Assembly: GCF_044704955.1 (NCBI RefSeq) | Contig: NC_091989.1 | Span: 40,300,001-40,364,000, forward strand | Direction: 5' to 3' | Source of the DNA: Pristiophorus japonicus | Lineage: Eukaryota | Length of the DNA: 64,000 nt | Shown: positions 36,793 to 51,138 of the stretch, in pieces | How positions within the stretch are numbered: position 1 is the first letter of the stretch | Layout of the letters: the number at the start of each line of letters is the position of its first letter | Made by a program: the position numbers and the translations under genes | The notes under the pieces: model-generated | What the model was told of the DNA's origin: nothing | The model's input: the letters and a program-made list of their open reading frames with translations, nothing else | Databases searched by the model: none

Positions 36793-39479
36793 ATTGTAGA
36801 GCAGTCCTAAATTTACTGTGTGCAAATTGGCTGCTGCATTCCCTACATTGCAACAGCGACTTCACTTCAAAAGTGTAAAACATTTTGGGACGTCTTGAGG
36901 TTGTGAAAGATGCTATATAAATGCAAGTCTTTCTTTCTATCTTTAAGTAATGTAAATTCCATCCCAAAGGGATTATATTTTGAGCTAAATTATAGTACTA
37001 GCACAATTATTAAAAGAAGTAAAGGAAAGCTAATTGTTTATCCAGTGCTTATAAGTCCCCTTCCAACATGACGCTTTTGTTGGAACATTGCAATCATGCC
37101 AGTAGATGGTCGACTAAGGTTTTGTTCTTTTTTCACAGAAAATATTTTTTCAACATGTGGGGCAGTCAGTGTATGCTCTCATGAAACAACAGTAGTGTTG
37201 TCTTTTGTTTGCAGGGATCCATTAGTCACTAAAAAATATTTGACCTACTTTTGGTTTCTTTCTTTTCTCATCATAGAATTAGAACAATATCTTGGGAGAC
37301 TGATAACTTTGCCATTCACTGTATTTTATTACAGTTCATAACGTCTCGACTGATGTAATCTACGTTAAAATGATGAAAGCTTTTCAAACCAGAATTCTTA
37401 AAAACATAAATAAGCTTAGTTTTCAGGTGGTTTCATCATTTGCAGTCATTTTTCTGGCTGCAGTGTCTCCACTGGCGGGAGGTTGCAATAACAGCATGAC
37501 TCGTTTACATTGGACGTTCCACTGTAAATGTGGACATAGGAATTTATAATGGTAAAAGTTAATAGGAGGTGTACATAGATGCAAGATTGTCAATATAGAT
37601 TGTGACTTTAAATAAGCCCTTCAGAGGAAATCCTTTTCAGCTTATGAATCCAAAAACAATATAGGGGGAATGTTAACCCCTTGGTGATGTCATCAGATCC
37701 CGCTCTTCCTATTTAACCTGAGGCCTGAGCAAAGTAGCAGTTGTGTATTCACCCCCACCACCCATCACCCCATCCTGTCCTAAGGTCAAACCTGCTGGGA
37801 ACAACAAACAAGGACAAAAAAGGCCCAAAAAAGTAGATTTTTGATTTTTCTTTTGTGCTTCTCCAGATTGGTTCATCATTGCCTCGGGCTTCCCCCAGCC
37901 CCGCCCTTTAAAGGGCATTCCCCTGTTGGAGTCCCTCATGCCCCCCTGGGGACCGTTCCCACTGATACCCAACAGTGGTCTTCTGTTGCCCGAATTCCCG
38001 ATCCTTGCTCGTCGACAGGGGGTGGGGGAGAGGGGAGTGGTGTTTCTTGCCTTGTTAGGGTGGACTCCGATGATGCACATGTAACTGAGCTAAAATTTCT
38101 CCAGCCGTAGTATGCAAACTTGCTGTTCGCACCAACCACCACACTGCCCACCTCCCACTTCACCAATCTCACCTTGAGTTAAAATGGAGGCCCAAGAGTC
38201 AAACTGATAGAGCTCTGGGATTGCCAGTAGTAGTTGGCTCCCCTCATGTTCAGCAGAAACATCTATTTGCAAAGGCTTGCAGATGCGCTATTTTCATGTT
38301 TTGTCTTTTTTTTGTACTGCACATTTCCTCTTTGACCCTCTGCAGAGTCCAATGTTGGGATAACGCTAACCCAACTCATCCAGTGGGAAACTGAGTGATC
38401 CGATTGGCCACTTGTTTTACACGCCACCCAGATTTACTTAACATTGACATCTGATCGCATCACTTCCACCTGGCAGTGGGTTAAAATTGCCACCACTGAG
38501 CTTAAGTTGGGGAAAACTGCTCGTGGTAGTTGCAAACCAATCATTGGAAGGAGAGAACAAAGTGGGGCTGTGGCAGCTATCTTTGGCTTAGCTGTGGGCT
38601 CCAACTACCACTATTAATAGACATGGACATTTTTAAGATCTGGCAGGCACAAGCTTGTCTAAATCGAAAGCAAATGCAATGTCTGAGTTAATACTAAATG
38701 AAGGATTAAAGAAAGCCCTTTTCATCCTTATTCTTTCTTTAATTAAAAAAACCCAAAGTGCAGGACCAAGGCCTGAAATGCAAACACTACCAAGGTTCAA
38801 GAGAATGCAAGATGAAGTTTTCAAATCACTATGATTTATTAAATTATCCTAAGGAAATTAATTGGTGGAAGAGATAAAAGGAATGTTCTCCTACAGATGA
38901 GATTTCCTATGGTATAGTATTGCTTTAAACAGACAGTATCAAAAGATAAATGGCCAATGGCTTGATGTGGTGGATCTAAGTACAGGATGGGCCTGAGACT
39001 AAATTACACAAGTCTTACTCCCAGCAGTGAATGTACTTGTGGTTAGGATCAGTAAGCATCTAGAATGCTTGGAATGTGGGTCATGAAGTTGAGTTCCTTT
39101 TGATCTCGGTGGCCTAAATTGTTTAACTGCTTGTCGTGTGGAACTACTGTACTCATGCATTTTAGAAGACTGACCAATGTTTATAAAAGAGTAACATTTA
39201 TCACAACCCTGAAGCTGCACGAAATGCCAAAGCTGAATACGTAAGAGGAAAAGTTAACACATGCAAGAGGTACATCAGAAACAATGGATATTTGGTTAAC
39301 TACAGATGTATGCACTCTTGAATTGGCTTGGGGCCAGTATGTGCACATGCGCTTAAGTCACGAGTTATCAGACAAATTCAAAACCAAAAATGGATTTTAT
39401 ACATGGCTATAATTCACACATGATAAGTTTGTATAGTGTATACATTGCGTTATTTTCCATTCAGCAGCATTGAAAAAAA

Positions 39480-39836
39480 ATAAAGACTTGCATTTATATC
39501 ACACCTTTCATGACCTCAGGATATCCTAATGCACTTTACAATCAATAAAGTACTTTTGTTGTAATGTAGGATTAATGGCAGCCAATTTGTGCACAGCAAG
39601 CTCCCACAAACAGCAATTAAATAAACAACCAGATTAGCTATTGTAGCTGTTGGTTATGGGATAAATGTTGGCCTGGACATCGGGAGAACTCCCCTGCTCT
39701 TCTTATATTAGTGCTGTGGGATCTTTTACATCCATTTAAGAGGGCAGGCGGGACCTCTGAAAAATGTCACCTCCAACAGTGCAGCACTCCTTCAGTACTG
39801 TACTGAAGTGTCACCCTGGATTATGTGTTCAAGTCT
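39480..39836 (-). mobile_element. Deu-SINE, reverse orientation
   Basis: AAAGACTTGCATTTATA tail; GGGATCTTTTACATCCA..AGAGGGCAG..CACCTCCAACAGTGCAGCACTCC is the reverse complement of the Deu domain. Confidence 0.75.
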
Positions 39837-41547
39837 CATTGCATGACTGTACAAATGATGATACTGTTAATAATAAAGAGGTATAAGGATTGACATACTG
39901 ACATAACAGATTAATGGGATTCTGATTTTGCACAAAACTAGAGGAAAATAGTTTGTATGGTCTGAGATAATACACAGTATACAATAGTTTATACAGATAA
40001 AGCATATTGCACACCTCGCCCAGCATTTGTGTCATTACATGAATTTCTATTAATAAAAAGATCTCAATCCTAACATAAAAATTGAATGTACCAGCAGAAT
40101 GGGTTGTAGAGTACAATTTATTCAGGCCAACACAATGGTTCAGTGAGCTTCTGCAATAAGTAGTTGAATTCTACTCCCTAAGGTTGAAAGACTCACACAG
40201 AAATAAACACAACTCTGTGATCAAGTTGTCTTTACTTCAAAAAATAACATTTACCAGGAAGCAACAACAAAATCAATTCTCCCTCATGCTGGGCACAGTT
40301 TCTAAGGTGCCACTGGGCAGTGTCATCACAGATGGTATAGTCCTAATCGGGTCTTAGAAGCTATGTGACAGGGTTCTGGTAAAAGTAACCATTGCAGCAC
40401 TGTTAGCTACCACTGTGGAAGCCATCAATGTCCTTAGAAGTCTGCAGCAATCTCCCGGGCTCCAGGGTGTTCTGCAGCCATGAGGATCTTCCTGCATTAT
40501 ATTGCAGATGCGGGTACTGGATTCCTCCCATGTAACCATCATCTCCACCATTGCACGGAAATCATCTCCACTGCCTGCACATGAGATCGATGTTCTCTCA
40601 TCATAGCTTTTTTGAAGATTGGGTCCCTGAGATCTGGATCCCCAGGCTACTCAGTTGAGGGTAATTGCTTCTTCCCCTCCGTGGAGGAACGTCCCTCGCG
40701 CTCTCTTCCACACCCAGGTGATCATTCTCATTGGTGCTCTGTGATTCAACAAGTTTTAAAAAAATGTATTTGTTCCTGGGATGTGGCTTGCCAGCATTTA
40801 TTGCCCATCCCCAATTGCCCCTGAGAAGATGGTGGTAAGCCGCATTCTTAAACCGTTGCAGTCCGCGTGCTGAAGGTACTCCCATAATGTCTCACCTCTT
40901 GACTCCCCAAAGGTTTTGGAGAATTAGGAGATGAGACACCCATCGCTGAGTGACAACCCTTATGACTGCCTAACTAATTCTTGGTGAGTGGGTGTCCCTG
41001 TGCTGTGTTGGTGGGGACATGGCAGTAGTTGAATGTGCTTGGACAGTCAGCAAAGTGCCTGGCGTCTTCCTTCAAGGCATCCCTTATGATGTGAAAAACA
41101 GAAGAGCTTGTTGAACTGTATGCAGAATTATATTTTCCCTTGAAGAAATAGCAGGTGAGCACAAGGGCACTGCAATATTTTGATAAGATACAGGAAGCTG
41201 AAACTACATATGCTGAGCATTGCCCAGACTTTATCAATTTTCTCTTTCCAACTCAAGTCCAATCTTGCCCTCTCCTCTCGGCTCTCCTGTACATTTGCCT
41301 ATTAAATCTAACGCCTCCTCTTGCCCATGAACTCCAGTGGACCTTTTGTCATGCTATTGCGCATGATTCTTTTTCATTGGGAAAGAGAGAAAACAATAAT
41401 ACAAGGCCTGTGAATATCATAGAGACTGATCCCATTTTAATTTGTGCATGCCCTGATAAAAACAAGTGAAGGTGCCTGTTCCTTTAAATGAAGTATCCTT
41501 GAATACATGCAGAAGACCTTGTTTTATTAAATAAATCTGTAATAAAA

Positions 41548-41885
41548 AGCTAGTATCAGTAATGGTGACCATGAAACTATCAAATTATCGGAAAAACCCA
41601 CCTGGTTCACTAATGTCCTGTAGGGAAGGAAATCTGCCGTCCTTACCTGGTCTGGCCGATATGTGACTCCAGACCCAGAGTGATGTGGTTGGCTCTTAAC
41701 TGCCTTCTGAAATGGCCTGGCAAGCCACTCAGTTGTACCAAACTGCTACTCCAAAGACAGCACTGTGGGAGTATCTTCACCACAAGCTTCAAGAAGGTGG
41801 CTCACCGCCATAGGGCAATTAGGGATGGACAATAAATGCCAGCCTTGCCGGCGATGCCCACATCCCGTGAATTAATAAAAAAAAG
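41548..41885 (+). mobile_element. SINE-like repeat body ending in the CR1/L2-group LINE tail (second copy 56235-56458, minus)
   Basis: AGTAATGGTGACCATGAAACT..GGTTCACTAATGTCCT.TAGGGAAGGAAATCTGCCGTCCT is present reverse-complemented at 56360-56455. Confidence 0.6.
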
Positions 41886-42069
41886 ACAAAGTGAGATAAG
41901 AGAGTGGTCTTGAGTAAAGACTGTGCTTGAGTGTCTGGAGAGCCTTCCCTTTGGAGAAGTGAGTTTATCTGATGCCCAGGTGCTGAGAGAAAAAGAACAT
42001 GATAGGTAAAGAGGTGAGTGAAGATATGAGAGGTAGAGAATGTGCATTGTTACAAATGCCTTGAGTTAT

Positions 42070-42330
42070 CTTTGTCACCCTAGTGAGGTCATTGAAGCCC
42101 ATCCTGCACTTTGTGGCAGTTCTTGGGATGCTAGAGGTTGTGACGTCTGCCCCGCCACCTCCCTCCGGTCAGCCTAAACCATTCTCTTATGGGGCCTCTT
42201 GGGCGCAGTGCCCATCAGATAGTACCTCCTGGTCCTCAGTACTGCCAGCAACATCCACAATTGCATCTAAAATCTGGAGGTCCTTGCAGTGGCTTGCACA
42301 GCCAAGGCTGCTCCTTATGTCACCTTGTTG
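42070..42330 (-). pseudogene. Old Harbinger Myb/SANT exon remnant
   Basis: Minus strand gives ..SIPRTATKCRMGFNDLTRVTK, matching the RTxxQCRKKFNDL motif of Myb_DNA-bind_5-type proteins. Confidence 0.5.
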
Positions 42331-43806
42331 AAAACTGATGTTGCCCTTTAACTGGCTGCAGCCTTTGAAATGCAGCAGCAGAACTATATTTTCTTCCCTG
42401 GCCATGGCAATAAGCCAATTAAGAGCAGTTTTCTGGTTTCTGTACTGTCTTGCATGGCTAATGAGTGTTCTGGGAGAAAATGATGGCAGTTTAGTGGTGA
42501 TTCCACACTGGTCGATGTAAGAACTACCCCAACCACAAGCTTGCCAATGGGAGGGGAATCCAAGCCATGACCTTTTCCTAGACGTGTTTTTTTGCATGTA
42601 GCATGGGGGTGTAACCTAGAGTCAAATGATACCAACTTCCTGTCAAGACCTCCTACACAACCAAATGTTGTTGGTATAATATTCCTTTTGGGTTGATTTA
42701 TTCCATCCTGGGTGTCACGTTTCTGCACTAGTGAAAAATGCATTTATTGTAAGGGGTAAAGGAGTTCTACTTGTGCTGGTCAAGTTGCTCAACTGTGGGA
42801 ATCACAAAAGTGCTGTTACTGGATCTAATTATTCACTAAAGTTGACGGAGAATGGGCAGCACAGAGATTCTGAGAGAAAACTTCAACATTCCCACCTGCT
42901 TGTAAATGATTTGCTTCTGATAACAAATTCAGACTACCTCGAGCTAATTGAAGTTTCTTAATTCAAATTATTGGAGCATTTGAATTTAGATTTCACTTAA
43001 AAAGGTCACTGCGCAATTTTAATGCAGTTGCTCAATTCAATTTACTTGATAATTTGAATTGTCTGTGTGAGTGTGTGGGGGCGGGGTAGAGAACAAAATG
43101 TATTTGAAATAGTAGGAGTAGACTGTGGGTTTACTGGACAGCCAAAATACTAACGTTGAGTTTCTTCTCCTTCCTTTTCTGAGGACGTATGTCTGAAACA
43201 GCAGTGACATGAGATGGTACTTTTAGCTCTAAATTCATTAATAAAATCTTACAATATCTCACGTTATATTTTTTCTTTGATTTGACACTGTGATAATCAT
43301 TTTAATTATATTATGATATCCCTAATCACTATAAAGATTGGTGACATTTACAGATGGCATTGAATACAATGGACACATGGAGCTTGTTTTGTTTATGGTC
43401 CAGTCTATGGAAAATGGAAAATTCTGATCTCTCATTATTTTTGGATGCGGTACAGAAATATTACTGCAGTTTTCAGAGTGAGCAGAATAATGAAATACAG
43501 TCAAAGCAGTGTATTTGCCAGTCATTTGAACAATGAGGCACTATTAAACACCTCAAATTGTATATGTCTGCAAGGACTGTGTAAAAGCGTAGCAATATTT
43601 GAACATGGTTAAGGAAATGTTTTCATGATTTGGCATTCATTAGGTTTCAAGTTAAAGTCTAAAAATTAGGTATGTAACCGAGTTAAAATGACACTCTACA
43701 AATGAGGTTTTTCACATTTCAAAAATCTAGCATGAGTTGGTATAATATATTAGAACGCAACCCGTACATCTCTGAAAAGAAGCTTTAAACTAAATGGGGT
43801 GAATAT

Positions 43807-45007
43807 GGCCTGGAAATTCAGTCGCGCTGTGGCCATTTTACAGGTTATATCAGACGCCTAAGGGTCCAAAATGTGAGTGGTGTGCATATGCTTATCCACA
43901 CAGGAAGTGCACCATTGGCCATATTGACAGGCTCCTTGGTAGGTGTCCAGAGAAGTATTTAAAAGGATCATTATATTTACTTAAGGGTGATATGTTTATT
44001 GTAGGACCCTTCTGTGAAATTGGTTTGCTCCAGTGCCTGACTCATCATGTGATAAACCCGCCCAACAAACCATGGCACTAACAGATAGCAAGCACCCTGT
44101 GGGAGTGGTACTTAAAGAGCTCATCCACTCCATGCAGGTTAAGTGCCATCTTAGGCTGCTGATTAACCTTTGGGCATTTTGGGGGCAATTTTCTGTGATT
44201 ATTAACAGAATTCTGACTCCTGCTCCATGGTCAGCACTTTCTGTGGCTTTCAAGGTCATCATGGCCCTTAACATTTACGCAACAGACTCCTTCAATATGT
44301 GAAGTTTGGGGAAGTGCTGAGAGTAGGAGGAGGAGTGCTGCATTAGTGCTGAGAGTAGGAGGAGAAGGAGTTGTGAGAGGGAGGTGGAGAGAAGTGTGAT
44401 GCAGCGATTGTAGGAGAGGGAAAGGAAGCAGGGATGGGAAGTGTTGTGAGTAGTGTGACTGCAGGTGGTGCAGCAGTAAGGAGAGAATAGTTGAAGTGAG
44501 AGGTAAGATTTTTACAACTCTGGTGAGGTCATTGAACTTTTACCAGGTATTGCAGCTATGTCCTGGGAACTAAGCTTCTGGTGTTGACCTTTTCAGCGAC
44601 CTCTTCCCTGAAGTATTGCCTGGAGGTCTTTCTGGCCCCCGGCGGGTAACTGGATCTCCCTCCTCCTGCCCTGTGCCTGGAGCAGATCCTCTACCACTGC
44701 ATCAGAGGACCTGGGTGCCTTTTCTGGATCTCCTGCAACAATTTCTTCACTTGTGAAGTTCCCCTGCTGTCTGCAGCCAGAGTGCACCTCCACTTTAAGA
44801 CATGCTGGCTGCCTTTAAGTGGCGTCAGTAAAGCCCGATTTCCCGCCCCCTCTAACAGGTGTGCAGCCAATAAGCAGCGTATTTAGTGCTGGCTGTTTGC
44901 CTGACTCAGTATAATGTGCTGCTTGCTCAAATTTCACGTTTCTGGGCCCACATGAAAATGCATGGGCAACACACACCTCTTTTCAGGCACGATCGAATTT
45001 CTAGCCT
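43807..45007 (-). mobile_element. Degenerate Harbinger derivative with Myb/SANT exon remnant (44515-44745)
   Basis: Termini GGCCTGGAAATTC / GAATTTCTAGCC; minus strand KAPRSSDAVVEDLLQA..RRREI..KVNTRSLVPRT..FNDLTRVVK across frameshifts. Confidence 0.65.
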
Positions 45008-46276
45008 GATATCTCTCTGATATGCGTTCATGGCCCTGTAGGTTTTTTGGACAGACTCAGCTGAATTTCTAATGGTACAAATCCACAATGTTCATAATTC
45101 TGTTGTTATTGATTATAGTTCAGCAATCTCACTCAGAATGACTGTAAAGGACGGTGCACAGTATGAGGTAGATTATGAATGTTGCAACAGTTGTTGAGGT
45201 AGTGTATCATGAACACTGCTGTACTCCTACAATTCCTTACATTGTATTTGATGTTTACATTGGATGCAAAGTAAAATATGCTAGTCTTTGGCATGCATCA
45301 ATGTAATTGAGAAAAATATGCAGCAAGAAGAACTACAGAATAAAAGGAATAAGGGAATCCAAGGAACCCTAGATTCAGTACTCACTATGATCGCAAACTA
45401 GGATAACCCACAATTTTCAGCATGTCGCAAGAAAATAGCACAGTCAAATACTAAAATTCCATTATAAACCACAAGAGTGAAGCTAAAATGATTTGCCAAC
45501 ATCTCCTCAATCCTGCAATGTAATTGTTACTTCAGTGCACACCCCACTTAAGCATATCTAATAATTACTTACTTTCATTCATCATTTTTGTTTATTTACT
45601 AGCATGGAATGTATAAGGTGAGAAGTTACAGTGTGTTACATGTACTACATAAACTATTTGTGTTGTCATGTAGACTAATTGTGTGCATACTACAACACTT
45701 AGTTCCCCCTTCCTCGCCCCCTCCCAATTCAATGCTTCATTCAACATTCTACTTTTACCATATTTGTATGTTAGCTTGTTCCAAAGCTGCTAATTGCCAT
45801 TTAAGTGGATTTCCATCAAAATTCTTACACCTACTCCTTTGCAGGTATTTTGTTTGTAAAATGCTTATTGAAAATAGGCAAATACAATGTTAGACAGAGG
45901 CAGCTTTATTTGGAAAATCATTTAACAGCATCTAAGAGATTGTGAACTTGTTTGTGATTGCTTGACCAAAATTTTCACCATCAATTAAATTAGGCCTAGC
46001 ACGCTATCTGGTGAAAGAGATGCAGGAGGAGCAATAGCGGGAAGTCAGGGGGATAAGAGATCTCTGCAGGCATCCATACAGATCCCCAAGTACAGAATAC
46101 ACAAAGGAACACAGAACTACCTGCTCCTCACTGAGGAACAGTGACAGAGAGGCAGGAACAGATCTGTGCCATATGCTACAAGATGTTCTGCAGACACTCC
46201 TGGTCCTCCTGGCCTCACAAAGGAAAGTTTCTCAGTTATCTCTTGGGCCTGCTCGTCCTTCGCGACAGTTGCTGAC

Positions 46277-46875
46277 CAACTTGTGGGTTGTGGGTTCAAG
46301 ATCTATTCCAAATAGTTGAGCTCACAAATCTAGGCTGACACTCCAGTGCAGTGCTGAGGGAGTGCTGCACTGTCGGAGGTGCCGTCTTTGAGATGAGATG
46401 TTAAACCAAATCTGTTCTCTCAGGTGGACGTAAAAGAACCCATGGCACTATTTTAGAAAAGAACAAGGGAGTTATACCCGGTGTCCTGGCCAATATTTAT
46501 CCCTCAATCAACATAACAAAAACAAGTTATCTGGTCATTATCACATTGCTGTTTGTGGGAGCTTGCTGTGCGCAAATCGGCGGTTGCGTTTCCCACATTG
46601 CAACAGTGACTATACGTCAAATGTACTTATTTGGCTGTAAATCACTTTGAGACATCCGGTGGTCATGAAAGGCGCTATATAAATGGCTGGGGTGCAACGG
46701 CCACCAAATGTTAAAAAAATCCATGCACAGGCATCTTCCACCCTTCAGGATGTAGTTTGGGATCTGGAATATCATTGAAACACCTGTGAACTCATCTGCT
46801 TTCGGCGTGGAAGCAAGTCATCCTCGTTTCGAGGGACTGTCTATGATAATGATGATATATAAATCTTTCTTTCTT
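46277..46875 (+). mobile_element. Deu-SINE, nearly complete, with an RTE-tailed insertion in its tail
   Basis: B-box GGTTCAAG, full Deu domain, tail GGCGCTATATAAAT..CTTTCTTTC. Confidence 0.82.
46685..46855 (+). mobile_element. 5'-truncated RTE-tailed non-autonomous element, TSD TATATAAAT
   Basis: Reverse complement of 53930-54115; TSD at 46676-46684 and 46856-46864; ends CTATGATAATGATGA. Confidence 0.75.
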
Positions 46876-48085
46876 ACTTTCACCTGGTGTGAAATCCATG
46901 GCAGCTTCTCTACCCAGGCCCATGTTTAAATGTAATAGGACCCCAATTTAGACGGCTGCCTCAGCCACCTGCAGACCGTGCCGCTTATGATCGCAAGCGA
47001 TGGGAAAGGGGTGGATTCCAAGTGGACTTAACTGCCCACCCGCTCGGTTTCAACCAGTCAAGTAGGGTTAAATTTAATCCCAAAGAATATCTACCTATAA
47101 TGTCCAAAGATATACTGGTTTGCAACAGCCACTTCAAAAATTCTTTTTGGTCCTCAGTTTTGATCAAAAAAATTATATTGTGTGATTGTTTTATCATTTC
47201 AGCCCACTTCCACTGTGATTATTTCAGCACAGTATCCCACCTCCTTTTGATATAAAATAAGCAGTTAAACGTTTAGAGTTTCCATTTAGAAGGTTGCAAA
47301 CATGTGTAAGAGGTTGCAAGAACAAAGAGAGAGACAGGAAAACACCTTTAAAATGGGATGGACAGATAAATGTGTAACATGCATTCTCCCATTACTGGTG
47401 AGTGCTTAGATAATCATTTATCGCTTGCAATAGATATGACTTGCAATCAGATTGTAGGCTAAATCAAAAGTCTGATTAATAGCATTGCTCTTTGTTCATC
47501 ATGGTACAATACATGGACTGCAGTGGTTCAAGGCGGCGGCTCACCACCATCTTCTCAAGGGCAATTAGGAATGGGCAATAAATGCTGGCCTTGCCAGCGA
47601 CGCCCACATCCCATGAACGAATAAAAAAAATGTAATTTAAATTTTATTCTTAAATTGGCATTGGATTTACGAAACAGTGACAAACCCTTTCTCACATTAT
47701 TTGCAGACACACAGCACAATACCATAAATTGCATCAAAATCTCTCAGGGAGAAGAATGACACTTGGCTCTTCATAGTCTTCGCCATCCTGAGCCAAAAAA
47801 AGGTTTGTCAAACATTTTTGCATCAAAACTGTGCAAAATTCATAGAGCTATAGCATATGGTTTCTGAGTTGTAGCTGGGAACTAAGTTTTTAGTCTTGCT
47901 TGTGGGAATTTTTTTTTAAAATTAGGTGCAAATCTTTTTTTGATTTAATGCCAACAGCACCTCTGCCATTCTGCTCATGACTGTACACATGGAGATATTT
48001 ACTTTAATAACAGATGTCTATAAAAATGTACTAAAATATGTAACCACTTAGAGATTGAAATGGACTTATAGCACCTGAAAAATGA

Positions 48086-48663
48086 GGAGCCTGAAATTGC
48101 TTGCTGTTCCAGCAGGAGTCAAGCAGAGCAGCCACAAAATCTGGCAGGATTTGACACACTTGGCCTTGGCCTAAAGCTGTTTTCTGTAGCCTTGTTTGAG
48201 TGTAGAACTTTTGACCACCCCAAACAAGGCCACTGGCATGGAAGGGCCAGGCTGAAAGCAGGGACTCCCTATGCTGAGAATTGTTGAGTCCTCAGCCTAG
48301 AGGCATGTTGGATTATCCTCGGGAGAAGATTATCCTTGGCCTCAGAATCAAAGTTTATGGTGCTTACCTTGTTGGTTCAGACCAAGGATCATGGTCACAA
48401 CCCCCCAAGAGAAGGATTTTTTTCCCAATTTAAGTGCTGTTGCCATACAAAGGAGGCCATTGGGGGCAATACCTTTAAGGGAGAGGGGGCAGCCATTTCT
48501 AGGTCACATTTTGCCATTTCCTGGGGCAGTCAGGAACCTGACTGATACAATTCTAGTGGCACATGCATCCATGAGGTGAGCTTTCATTACCCCAGCGGGA
48601 TCAGAGCCAGAGTTCACCAGTGGACATATTTTTCAGGATCCCAGTCTAAGAAATTTCAGTTCC
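48086..48663. mobile_element. Possible degenerate Harbinger-type MITE
   Basis: Imperfect termini GGAGCCTGAAATT / AATTTCAGTTCC. Confidence 0.35.
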
Positions 48664-48812
48664 TAGCATGCCAAATGATAAAATGAGAGAGTTTTATAAC
48701 ATGGAGGTTGTTACTGACTTTAGAAATGAAGGAGAGACTGACTGGTGGCCGTCATACAGTCTGCAGGAATTATTGGCATGTAACCAAATTTGCTAAAGAG
48801 ATAACCTATCTA

Positions 48813-51031
48813 CAGCGGCAGAAGGTGGGTAGTGGTGTTCCACAAGGATTAGTACTGGGACCACTGTCATTCGCAATTTATATTAACGATTTAGACTCTG
48901 GAATCAAAACACAATTTCAAAATTTGCGGATGACACCAAATTGGGAGGTGGGTGCGCAGTCAACACTGAGGAGGACTGCAACAAATCACAGGAGGACATT
49001 AATAAACTTGTAGAATGGGCATATAATTGGTAAATGAAGTTGAACACAAATAAATGTGAGGTATTACATTTTGGTCGGAACAATAGGGAGGTCACTTATT
49101 ACTTGGTTGGCGCGAGTCTAGATGGGAAAGTTGTCGCTAGAGTCCTCCTCGATCGTCTTCTCCCCATGGCCGAGGAGCTCCTCCCAGAGTCGCAGTGTGG
49201 ATTTCGTCCCCTCCGGGGCACAACGGACATGATTTTTGCAGCACGACAGCTGCAGGAAAAATGCAGGGAACAGTGCCAGCCCTTATACATGGCCTTTTTC
49301 GACCTTACATAGGCCTTTGACACTGTCAACCGCGAGGGTCTATGGAGCGTCCTCCTCTGTTTCGGATGCCCCCAAAAGTATACTCCGCCTGCTCCACGAC
49401 GACATGCAGGCCGTGATCCTTACCAATGGATCCATCACAGATCCAATTCATGTCCGGACCGGGGTCAAGCAGGGCTGCATCATCGCCCCAACTTCTTCTC
49501 AATCTTCCTCGCTGCCATGCTCCACCTTACAGTTGTTAAGCCCCCTGCTGGAGTGGAGCTAAACTACAGAACCAGTGGGAAGCTGTTCAACCTTCGCCGT
49601 CTCCAGGCCAGGTCCAAGACCAACCTAACCTCTGTTGTCGAGCTACAGTATGTGGATGATGCCTGCATCTGTGCACACACAGAGGCTGAACTCCAGGACA
49701 TAGTTGACGTATTTACCGAGGCGTATGAAAGCATGGGCCTTATGCTAAACATTAGTAAGACAAAGGTCCTACACCAGCCTGTCCTCGACACACAGCACTG
49801 CCCCCCAAACATCAAGATCCACGTCGTGACCCTGGACAACGTGGACCACTTCCCCTATCTCGGGAGCCTCCTATCAACAAGAGCAGGCATTGATGATGAG
49901 ATCCAACACCGCCTCCACTGCGCCAGTGCAGCCTTTGGCCGCCTGAGAAAAAGAGTGTTTGAAGATCAGTCCCTCAAAACTGTCACCAAGTTCATGGTCT
50001 ACATGGCCACAGTAATACCCGCCCACCTGTATGGCTCAGAGACGTGGACCATGTACAGTAGACACCTCAAGTCGCTGGAGAAATACCACCAGCGATGTCT
50101 CCGCAAGATCCTGCAAATCCTCTGGGAGGACAGATGCACAAACATTAGCGTCCTCGTCCAGGCCAACATCCCCAGCATTGAAGCACTGACCACACTTGAT
50201 CAGCTCCGCAGGGTAGGCCACATAGTTCGCATGCCAGACATGAGACTCCCAAAGCAAGCGCTCTATTCAGAACTCGTCCACGGCAAACGAGACAAAGGCG
50301 GGCAGAGGAAACGTTACAAGGACACCCTCAAAGCTCCCTGATAAAGTGCAACATCCCCACTGACACCTGGGAATCCTTGGCCATAGACCGCCCTAAGTGG
50401 AGGAAGTGCATTCGGGAGGACGCTGAGTTCCTCGAGTATCGTCGCCGAGAGCATGCAGGAATCAAGCGCAGGCAGCGGAAAGAGCATACGGCAAACCAGG
50501 CTCCCTGCCCACCCTTTCTCTCAATGACTATCTGTCCAACCTGTGACAGAAACTGTGGTTCTCGTATTGGACTGTACAGCCACCTAAGAACTCATGCTAA
50601 TAGTGGAAGCAAATCTTCCTCGATCCCGAGGGATTGCCTATGATGATGGGGTAGAGGAACAAAGGGATCTTAGAGTACAAATACATAATTCACTAAAAGT
50701 TGCGCTACAGGTTAGCAAGGCCATAAAAAAGGCAAATCAAGCATTATTGCTCGAGATATAGAATTAAAAGGTAGGGAAGATATGCAAAACCTGTATCGAA
50801 CCTTGGTTAGACCACACAGTACAGTTCTGGTCGCCGTATTATAAAAAGGATTTGGAGGCACTGGAGAGGGTGCAGAGAAGATTTACAAGGATGATGCAGA
50901 AATGCAAGGGTATACATATCAGGAAAAGATGAAGAGACTAAGACTGAGGGGTGACCTAATAGAGTGGAGCATGGACTGGTTGGGCTAAATGACCAGTTTC
51001 TGTGCCGTATACCCTATGTAATCCTATGTAA
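48813..51031 (+). mobile_element. Old CR1 3' fragment split by an RTE insertion
   Basis: 48813-49126 and 50645-51031 rejoin collinearly with 20210-20608; tail CCCTATGTAATCCTATGTAA. Confidence 0.8.
49127..50644 (+). mobile_element. RTE-clade (BovB-like) LINE, 5'-truncated, frameshifted RT
   Basis: LLPESQCGFRPLRGTTDMIFAARQLQEKCREQ, GVKQGC, LQYVDD, HLYGSETW; (TGA)n tail; TSD/microhomology GATGGG at 49121-49126 and 50645-50650. Confidence 0.92.
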
Positions 51032-51138
51032 CTGGAAGCCAATACAATTGTTACCCTTCTGTAGTTAAAAAACAGATAAACATAACATTTCTTTCAAGCC
51101 AATCCAGTTTATAACAGACAGTTGTTGCAAAATCCATT

